NCBI GenBank assembly: GCA_005791575.1
Contig: SXWA01000142.1
Span: forward strand, 1-63,413
Reading direction: 5' to 3'
DNA from: Planctomycetaceae bacterium
GTDB taxonomy: Bacteria > Planctomycetota > Planctomycetia > Pirellulales > UBA1268
Length of the DNA stretch: 63,413 bases
Part shown: positions 1-7,800 of the stretch, piece by piece
How the letters are laid out: the number at the start of each line of letters is the position of its first letter
Position numbering within the stretch: position 1 is the stretch's first letter
Position numbers and translations under genes: made by a program
Notes under the pieces: generated by a model
What the model was told of the DNA's origin: nothing
What the model saw: only the letters and a program-made list of their open reading frames with translations
Database searches by the model: none

Positions 1-50
1 AGCGTCAGCCCGCCCTCACAGCAAGGAGCGTCAGCCCGTAGCAGGCGGCG

Positions 51-962
51 TCACTTCGCGCCGAACTTGTAGGCGGTGTTCCGCGGGTCGAAGTCGGCGT
101 CGGTGAAGCCGTTGTTCACCTTCACGTTCATGTAGGTGTATTCCTCCATGAGCACCGGCTGGCCCCCCGGCTCGAGCGGCCAGTCGTACGACTCATAGCG
201 GATCGGGATCGTCAACTCGTCGTCGATGAACACCCGCGCCAGATGGAAGCGGAAGTTCTTCCGCGGTACCGGGTGGGCGACCTGGATGCAGGTGCAGACC
301 CGGCCGTTGACCTTCGCGCCGGGGAAGAAATTGACCTCGCACTCGTCGTACTGCTTGTCGTGGTCGGCAACCTCGAGAAGGCGCCTGGTGAGGTTCTCCA
401 CGCCGAGTTCGGTGATCGGGTAGCGCTGGCCCGCCATCGCCAGCATGCTCTGCGGCTTGAGCGACACGGTGCCGACCATCGCCCGGACGCCGCTGCCGGC
501 ATGCGCGAGCATGTTGCCGTCGTTGTGGCCATCGACGTAGATCACCTCCTGCCCCTTCACCGCATCGGGGCCGAGGAAGAAGAGGTAGACGCTGAAGGGC
601 TGGTGCCGGATCTTCGCGAACATGTACTCGTGTTCGCCGAGCTTGCCGTCGATCCGTTCCCGTTTGACGACGGTGGCCGAATAGTCCTGGATGTTGGCCT
701 GGATGCTGGTGAGCCCCTTCTGGGCGACCTCGAGGGCCGCCTGCAGCGGGTGGACACCGGGCCCGGCCGGCACTGCATCAGGGGCACCGATGTTGCCCTG
801 CGGCATGCCCCCCTGGGGAAGCAGGCTGGGACCCGCAGACTGTTGCCCGAAGACGACGGCAGGCTGCCCGGCGATCGCCAGGATCAGGGCCCAGCTTCCG
901 GCGATGACCGGCACCCGTCCCATGGTCCAGCTCCGCCCGCTCCGCACACGCTGCCCAGCCAT
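51..962 (-). CDS. DUF1571-like secreted protein
   Basis: ORF 51..1307 trimmed to the ATG at 962, which has GGAGG 8 nt upstream (alternative ATG at 923). Signal-like N-terminus MAGQRVRSGRSWTMGRVPVIAGSWALILAIAG. The body resembles the planctomycete DUF1571 family from memory, not from a search. Confidence 0.6.
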   Translation of the reverse strand: MAGQRVRSGRSWTMGRVPVIAGSWALILAIAGQPAVVFGQQSAGPSLLPQGGMPQGNIGAPDAVPAGPGVHPLQAALEVAQKGLTSIQANIQDYSATVVKRERIDGKLGEHEYMFAKIRHQPFSVYLFFLGPDAVKGQEVIYVDGHNDGNMLAHAGSGVRAMVGTVSLKPQSMLAMAGQRYPITELGVENLTRRLLEVADHDKQYDECEVNFFPGAKVNGRVCTCIQVAHPVPRKNFRFHLARVFIDDELTIPIRYESYDWPLEPGGQPVLMEEYTYMNVKVNNGFTDADFDPRNTAYKFGAK

Positions 963-1339
963 CGCGAGACCCTCCGTGGAGATCGACCCCGTGCCGCCCG
1001 ACAGACCGTCCGGCTCATTCCGCTCCGTTTTTCGCCCCGCCGGCGCCGACCGTCCCTGGCCGGACACCGCCGTCATCCAACGCGATCCGATCCACTGTTC
1101 ATCGCCGCTGCCGCCCCGGGGCATGAATCGACGCGGGCGGGCCGGCAGGGTCGCCACGCCGCGGCACAACTCGACCCGGACGGAGGGACGAGTGTAACGG
1201 CCGCCGGAGGGTGAAACCATGCCGCTTTGGGCCGCCGAAGACGGCCTCGACGGGGTTTTTTCCACCCCCGCCCCTTGCCCCTGCCCGACGCCATGGCCAT
1301 GCTCCATGCACCCCCTCCGCGTCCCCCTCCCGCCGCACC

Positions 1340-2017
1340 ATGGCCACGGTCAGTTCACTCCCCCCTGCCGCCGGCCTCGCCATCGGCTGCATCGAGTCGG
1401 CGCCGTTCGCGGAGAACTCCTACGTTCTCCACCGCGCCGACCGGCACGATTGTCTCGTGATCGATCCGGGCTTCGAGCCGGAGGCGATCGTCACCTGGAT
1501 CGACGACCACGGACTGATCCCCGCCGCCATCCTCCTCACCCACGGTCACTCCGACCACATCGCCGGCAACCACCATCTCCGGCACCGCTGGCCGGGGCTC
1601 GCGATCATGATCGGCCGCGACGATGCCGGGAAGCTCACCGACGCCGTCGCCAACCTGTCGGCCGCCTTCGGCGTGGCGATCACCAGTCCCCCCGCCGATC
1701 GGCTCCTCGACGACGGCGATCGGATCGAGGTCGCCGGCTGCACACTCGAGGTGATCGCGCTGCCAGGCCACTCCCGGGGCCACGTGGTGTTCCGCGTGCC
1801 GGGCCCACCCGACCTCATCGTCGGCGGCGACGTCCTCTTCCGGGAGAGCATCGGCCGGACCGATTTCCCCGACGGCGATTTCGCCGCCCTCGCCGCTGGC
1901 ATCCGCGGCCGGCTCTACCCGCTCGGCACCGACACCATCGTCCTCGCGGGCCACGGGCCGACCACCACCATCGGGCACGAGCGCCGCCACAATCCCTTCG
2001 TGGCCGCCGCCGATTGA
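1340..2017 (+). CDS. MBL-fold metallo-hydrolase (hydroxyacylglutathione hydrolase-like)
   Basis: In frame with ORF 1211..2017, starting at the ATG at 1340. Contains the THGHSDH metal motif, then LPGHSRGH and a late GHG. Confidence 0.85.
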   Translation: MATVSSLPPAAGLAIGCIESAPFAENSYVLHRADRHDCLVIDPGFEPEAIVTWIDDHGLIPAAILLTHGHSDHIAGNHHLRHRWPGLAIMIGRDDAGKLTDAVANLSAAFGVAITSPPADRLLDDGDRIEVAGCTLEVIALPGHSRGHVVFRVPGPPDLIVGGDVLFRESIGRTDFPDGDFAALAAGIRGRLYPLGTDTIVLAGHGPTTTIGHERRHNPFVAAAD

Positions 2018-2049
2018 CCCCCGCCCCGACTCGTCCCGAGAATCGCTGC

Positions 2050-2736
2050 ATGCTCTCGCCCGCCGACATCACCGCCCAGAGCAGACCCGCTCCCGAGGGA
2101 GTTGCGACCCGGTCCGTGCGCTCCCCCGTCTGCCGGGCGGCCGGCCTCACCCTGGCGGCGATGGCCCGACTCCTTTCCGGAGCGAGCGCGCGGTGGATCG
2201 CCAGCCAACCCGACACCTGCCAGCGTGTCTACTTCGCCAATCACACCAGCCACCTCGACGCGCTGGTCGTCTGGGCGTCGCTGCCGCAGCCGGTGCGCGA
2301 ACTGACGCGGCCAGTCGCCGCCAAGGATTACTGGTCGCGCGGCATGCTCCGCCGCTGGCTCGCGGAGGAGGTCTTCGACGCGCTCCTCATCGACCGCACC
2401 GACATCAAGGTCCACCAGAGCCCGGTCGATCTCATGCTCCGTGAGATCGGCACCACGAAGTCGCTGATTGTCTTCCCCGAGGGGAGCCGCAGCGTCACCG
2501 GCGAGGTGGGGGAGTTCAAGAGCGGGCTCTACTACCTGGCGAAGAAGCGCCCCGACATCGAGCTCGTGCCGGTCCACATCGACAATCTCAACCGCGTCCT
2601 CCCCCGCGGCGAGTTCCTTCCGGTGCCGCTCCTCTCCTGCATCAGCTTCGGGCCGCCGATGTGGCTGGAGCGCGACGAGATGAAGGCCGATTTCCTCTCC
2701 CGCGCCCGGCGGGCCGTGCTGGCGCTCAAGGAGTAG
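2050..2736 (+). CDS. plsC: 1-acyl-sn-glycerol-3-phosphate acyltransferase
   Basis: C-terminal part of ORF 1219..2736, starting at the ATG at 2050. Carries the HX4D motif (NHTSHLDA) and the FPEGSRS block. Confidence 0.85.
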   Translation: MLSPADITAQSRPAPEGVATRSVRSPVCRAAGLTLAAMARLLSGASARWIASQPDTCQRVYFANHTSHLDALVVWASLPQPVRELTRPVAAKDYWSRGMLRRWLAEEVFDALLIDRTDIKVHQSPVDLMLREIGTTKSLIVFPEGSRSVTGEVGEFKSGLYYLAKKRPDIELVPVHIDNLNRVLPRGEFLPVPLLSCISFGPPMWLERDEMKADFLSRARRAVLALKE

Positions 2737-2739
2737 CGG

Positions 2740-3714
2740 GTGAACGACCTGCACACGGTGGTCCTCGTGACCGGGGTGCTCGGCCTGCTGCTGGTGGCGA
2801 CCGCGGTGGGGCAATTCCTCGCCCGCCGGTCGGACCGCGGCGTTGATCAGGGGGCCGTCCGTGCGTTCAACCAGCGGCTCCGCGGCTGGTGGATCATGGG
2901 TGGGCTGCTGGCGGTGGCCTTCTGGCTGGGGGTGACCGCGACGGTCACGCTCTTTGGCCTGGTGTCGTTCTGGGCCCTGCGTGAATTCATCACCCTCACC
3001 CCGACGCGCCGCGGCGACCACCGGGCGCTGTTCTGGGTGTTCGTGCTGTTCACGCCGGTGCACTACGTGCTCGTGGCCTACAACCGCTACGACGTGTTCA
3101 GCGTCTTCCTCCCGGTCTATGCCACGCTGTTCGTCCTCGCCCGGGTGGCCTTCACCGGCGACTACACCCGGTTCCTCGAACGCACGGCGAAGATCCAGGC
3201 GGGACTGGTGGTGTGCGTGTACTGTGTGTCGTTCGCCCCCGCCCTGCTCCAGCTGCCGACCGGCACCACGGCGCCCGGGAGCGGCAACTTCCGCCTCCTC
3301 TTCTTCCTCATCCTCCTGGTGCAGTTCTCCGACGCCATGCAACACGTCTGGAGCCGGCTCATCGGCCGTCGGCTCGTGGCGGAGGAGGTGAGTTCGAATC
3401 GCACCTGGGAGGGCCTGCTCGGCAGCGCCACCTCGACGGCGCTCCTCGCCGCGGCGCTGTGGTGGGCCGCGCCCCCCTACGAGCCGTGGCAGGCGGCCCT
3501 CGCCGGTTTCGTCATCGCCCTCCTCGGCTTCGCCGGGGGAATGACGATGGCGGCCATCAAGCGCGACCGGGGGGTCAAGGACCACGGCACGCTCGTGGTC
3601 GGACACGGCGGCGTGCTCGACCGGATCGACTCACTGTGCTTCGCCGCGCCGGTGTTCTATCACCTCACGCTGGCCGTCTCGCGAGCCGCTGCGACACCGC
3701 TCACCGGCGGCTGA
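2740..3714 (+). CDS. cdsA: phosphatidate cytidylyltransferase
   Basis: GTG start 3 nt after the plsC stop, with AAGGAG upstream. Multi-TM protein with the C-terminal signature KRDRGVKDHGTLVVGHGGVLDRIDS. Confidence 0.9.
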   Translation: MNDLHTVVLVTGVLGLLLVATAVGQFLARRSDRGVDQGAVRAFNQRLRGWWIMGGLLAVAFWLGVTATVTLFGLVSFWALREFITLTPTRRGDHRALFWVFVLFTPVHYVLVAYNRYDVFSVFLPVYATLFVLARVAFTGDYTRFLERTAKIQAGLVVCVYCVSFAPALLQLPTGTTAPGSGNFRLLFFLILLVQFSDAMQHVWSRLIGRRLVAEEVSSNRTWEGLLGSATSTALLAAALWWAAPPYEPWQAALAGFVIALLGFAGGMTMAAIKRDRGVKDHGTLVVGHGGVLDRIDSLCFAAPVFYHLTLAVSRAAATPLTGG

Positions 3715-4655
3715 GCATCTGCCCCGTCGGCATCGACCACGCCGGGACGGCGGGCCTGGAGGGCGTAGATCGACCGCCGCCCGGGAAGGCTGGCCACGGC
3801 GGCGGCTGGCGGCACGGGATCGGGACTCTGGCCACGCCCGCGGGCCGACCAGTCTCCTGCCGGGCCGGTCATCGGCGGGGCGGCGGCGACCAGCGCGGCG
3901 GGTGGCGCCGGGCAGCCCTGCCTGACCCAGTCCAACCACAGTCCCTGGAGCCGCGGCACGTCGGGCAGGCCATAGTGGCGGCCGAGCGCACCCGACCAGT
4001 CGTTGCTTGCCAGACCGTCGCCAACGAAGGCCACATAGCGGCGACGGCCTCCGCGCTCGATGAGGAACCGGGCGAGGGAGTAGCCCTGCGCGTAGAGCGG
4101 GAGCACGTCGGCCGGATACTCGCGCATCGCGAACATCTCCGGGAAGGCGATGCCGCGCTGCGTGGTCAGGAACTCGATCAGAAGCCGGTGCTGCCGGGCC
4201 CGCTCCACCGGATGCTCGACGGTGGTGCACGCCCCCTCGTCGGCCCAGCGCGGCAGTGGACGGCGGAAATGGCTCGCGAAGATCGTGTGGGTGATCTCGT
4301 GGGGCAGGACCGAGTCGAGGATCCGCTCCTCACTGCCCTGGATCGACATCGTCCAGCCGAACACCTCTCCGGCATCGAAGACGAAACTCGTCGCCCCGCC
4401 GGCTCCGAGCTGCGGTGCGACCTGGGCGCGGATCGGGCAGGGGCGGCTCCAGCGGGGCAACGGCCCGCCGAGCCATTCGATCGCCAGATCATGCCGGTAC
4501 TGCTCCGCGGCATCACCGATCCGCCGCGCCTGCTCCGGCGTGGGGGCGTCGACGATGAAGTTCGCGGTGCGGTACCCGGCCGCCAGCACCGGACCGCCTC
4601 CCAGCAGGGCTGCCAGCCAGGCCAGGCACAGACCCTTGATCGAACGACGCAGCAT
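3660..4655 (-). CDS. secreted gluzincin-like HExxH protein (putative metallopeptidase)
   Basis: GGAGA lies 9 nt upstream of the ATG. Signal peptide MLRRSIKGLCLAWLAALLGGGPVLAAG. HEITH motif followed by WADEG (candidate third ligand Glu). Pro/Ala-rich tail. Confidence 0.6.
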   Translation of the reverse strand: MLRRSIKGLCLAWLAALLGGGPVLAAGYRTANFIVDAPTPEQARRIGDAAEQYRHDLAIEWLGGPLPRWSRPCPIRAQVAPQLGAGGATSFVFDAGEVFGWTMSIQGSEERILDSVLPHEITHTIFASHFRRPLPRWADEGACTTVEHPVERARQHRLLIEFLTTQRGIAFPEMFAMREYPADVLPLYAQGYSLARFLIERGGRRRYVAFVGDGLASNDWSGALGRHYGLPDVPRLQGLWLDWVRQGCPAPPAALVAAAPPMTGPAGDWSARGRGQSPDPVPPAAAVASLPGRRSIYALQARRPGVVDADGADAQPPVSGVAAARETASVR

Positions 4656-4812
4656 GACCTGCCGTCTCCGTGTGAGTCGGTCCGCCGCGGACGTGGCCTC
4701 CGGCCACGATGCCGCCGCGGCGAACCGCGAACCGCGCCGTCACACGGGGTGCCGCGGTCCACGAGCGGGGCGGACACTAGCGGAGGCCCGCAAACCGGGG
4801 CCAGACCGCTTT

Positions 4813-7800
4813 TCAGCGGGCTTTCGCCCTTGCACGGACGCGGCGCACCGCACTGGCGATCGCCGCCACGAGGAGGAGCGCCAGCGAGGCCAGCGCCCGT
4901 CCGGTCACGCTCCGGTCGGGCCCGCGGGCAAGACGGAACTCGACCCGTTGACCGTCCGGTGGGGCGATCACCGTCGCCCCGGTCTCGAAGACGTCGGTGG
5001 TGCCGATGGCGGCCTGCCCGGTGGGGTCGTTCGCCGGCAGCGACGGGGGACGACGGCGCGCGGCGAGCATGTCGCCGAGGCGCGCTGCCTCCCCCGGGGC
5101 GGCCGCGGCGATCGCCCGGGCGAAATCGTTCCCCAGGCGGTCGAGCGCGGCGGTCCGCTGGAGCTGGGCGGCCGCAGGATCCACTACCGTCGCCGGCGGG
5201 GCAACCCGGACGCTCAACCCCCGTGGCACCGCGATCGTCCACAGGCTCGCGACCGCGGTCAGGCCGTCGATGCCAGGCGCCTCCAACCGCGTGAGCCGCC
5301 CCCCCTCGACGGCCGTCCCCAGGTCACCCGCGAAGACCACCTCAAGCGAGCGCGGCCAGCGCACGTCGAGCAACCGCACTTCCCACAACGGAGCGGCCGC
5401 GGTGCCGGCGGGGCGTGGATCGGTCACCGCCCGGCCATCGACGAACACCTTGAACGGGCGCATCCCCGGGGGGAGCGACACACGCACGACCGGATCGCTG
5501 ACCACGAGGTCGAGCCGCGCGGTGCCCCAGCCGCGCCCCCGGGCATCGATCGCCAGATGGGTATCGACCAGTTCGAGCCGGGGCCCCGCCGGTGCGCTTT
5601 CGGCATCGGCCTCCGCGGTGGCCCCAGCCTGGGCCCCAGCCTGGGCCCCAGCCTGGGCCGCGGGCTCGGGAACCGGCTCGAGCGGCACGAACGGCACTCC
5701 CACCAAGCGGTAGTCGGGGGCGGGCGACTCGGCCGTCAGTTCGACCACGCCCGCTGCAGCCGCCTCGGATCCCCCGACCTCGGCCGCCATGCCATCGGCA
5801 GCCGCCCACGAGATCACCGCGGCGCTGGCGCCGTCGAGCGCCAGACGCATCACCGGCAGCACCCCCTCGGCGGGAGGCGGCCCCGGCACGACCGCCTCGG
5901 CATCGAGACGCAAGCGCCCTGCCTGCGGCTGCTGGAGCACGACGGTGAGCCGGACCGGCGACGGTGGCCCCCCGGGCACCACCGCCGCGCGCACGATCCG
6001 CACGTCGAGCGGCCGCCGGGGCCCGTCGGTGGAGGTCTCGTCGGTGAGGATCACCTTTCCCAGTTGCACATCGGCGGGCAGGGAGAGCGGAATGGTCACC
6101 ACCGCGGACTCGGCCTCGATGCGGGCCTGGAGCGCGAGATCCACCCGCCGCGGCCCGAGCGCCAGGCGCACCTGCTGGCTGGCACGGACGACGGCCGGAC
6201 CGCGCGTGACGATCACCCGCGTGCTTCCCGCGACCGGCACGCGCGCCGGCAGCGGCTCCGCGGGGGCGGCGGCATCCGCCGTGGTGGTGTCCACGCGCCA
6301 TGACAGTTCGCCCCCGGGCGCCGTCGTCCGACCGCCGTTGCCGAGGCCCGCCTGCGGCAGCACCCCGGCGCGCAGTCCGGGCGCCGCCATCAGCCGGACC
6401 GACCGGTCGTCGGCGAGGGGTGTCTCGAGCCAGACCTCCGGCACGGTGAACACGCCGGTGGGCTCGTCGAGCGGCATCGTCCAGGCGATATCGAGACGGA
6501 CGATCCCCGCCTCCGGCTCGCGGCGGACGATGCGGAAGCGGCCGGGACCGATCCGGTCGATCTCGGCATCGGCATCGTCCGGCACCACCGGCACCAGTCG
6601 GGGATCGGCCCGCACCACCACCGCCGGCAGCACCGCCTCGCCGGCATCGATCTCGAACCGCGCGGTCACGCGACAGCTGGTCGGCCCCCACTCGATCTCG
6701 TTGCGGCTGCGGGCCGAACGCGGCACGGTGGCCAGGCGGACACCCGGCTTGAGCGCGGCGAGCACGGCGATCCGGTCGGCGCCCGAGATGTCGAACTGCG
6801 GCGGCTCACCGGCACTCCAGGCCGACTCCGGCAGCACCGGCACGAACGCCGTCCCCGGCCTTCCCGCCTCGACGACAGGCTCAACCGGCAGCCCGCCGGG
6901 CCCCGACGTGAGCACCGCCTGGGGAGCGGGGGGGAGTGCGATCATCGCCACGACGATCTCGCCACGCCGGATCCGGATCGGCTCGGCGACCCACTCCACC
7001 CGGTGCCTTCCCGACTCCACGATCGGCAGCCGGGCGCTCCCCGGCCCCGCCGGCAGCATGGTGGCGGGGCGGCCGTCGAGCAGCACCCCTGCCGCCGGCG
7101 CGGCGGCCTGGCCCGGAAACGGCAGGCTCAGGCTGGTGCCCGCGTCGGCGTCGATGTCGAGCGTCACGTGCCATCCCGCGCCGCCGCCGGGCCCCGGCAA
7201 TTCGACGTGCGCCGCCACCACCCGCGGGGCGTTCTCGTCGGCGACGGCGCCGAGGCGGTCAAAGAGCCGCTGCGGAACGAGTGCGGTGGGCGTGCCGCCG
7301 ACGGGCGTGATGAACACCCGGGGAACCTCGGCCTGCTCCTCTCCGCACGCCGGACCACCCACGAACGACGCCAGTGCCACACCCACGATCCCGAGACCAC
7401 GATGCCTCCCGGCAAGGAGGCGCGACAGTGCCACGGCAAGCGTTGCCCACCACACTGCCCGCGCCGGCACATGCCAGGGCGCGGGAACCCAGAGGGCGAT
7501 CAGCCCGGCCGCCAGCGGCACGACCACCATGAACCCCGGTCGCCACACGGCAGCGAGGAGGAGGCAGCCGGCGAGGAAGGTCGCGAGCAGGAGTGCGGCG
7601 CGGTCGATGTCGTTGCGGCCCACGAGCCGGACCCGGTCGGCGGCCGGGCGGCCCGGCAACGGCACGAACACCCGCTCGCGGCAGCCGGCCATCAGGCCAC
7701 CGAGTCGATCGACCGTCGCGTCGTCATCCATGGGAGCGGAAGAGTGATTCAGCGGCACACCGACGAGGCGCTCGCTCCAGGTGACCGCGGCCGGGGCCAC

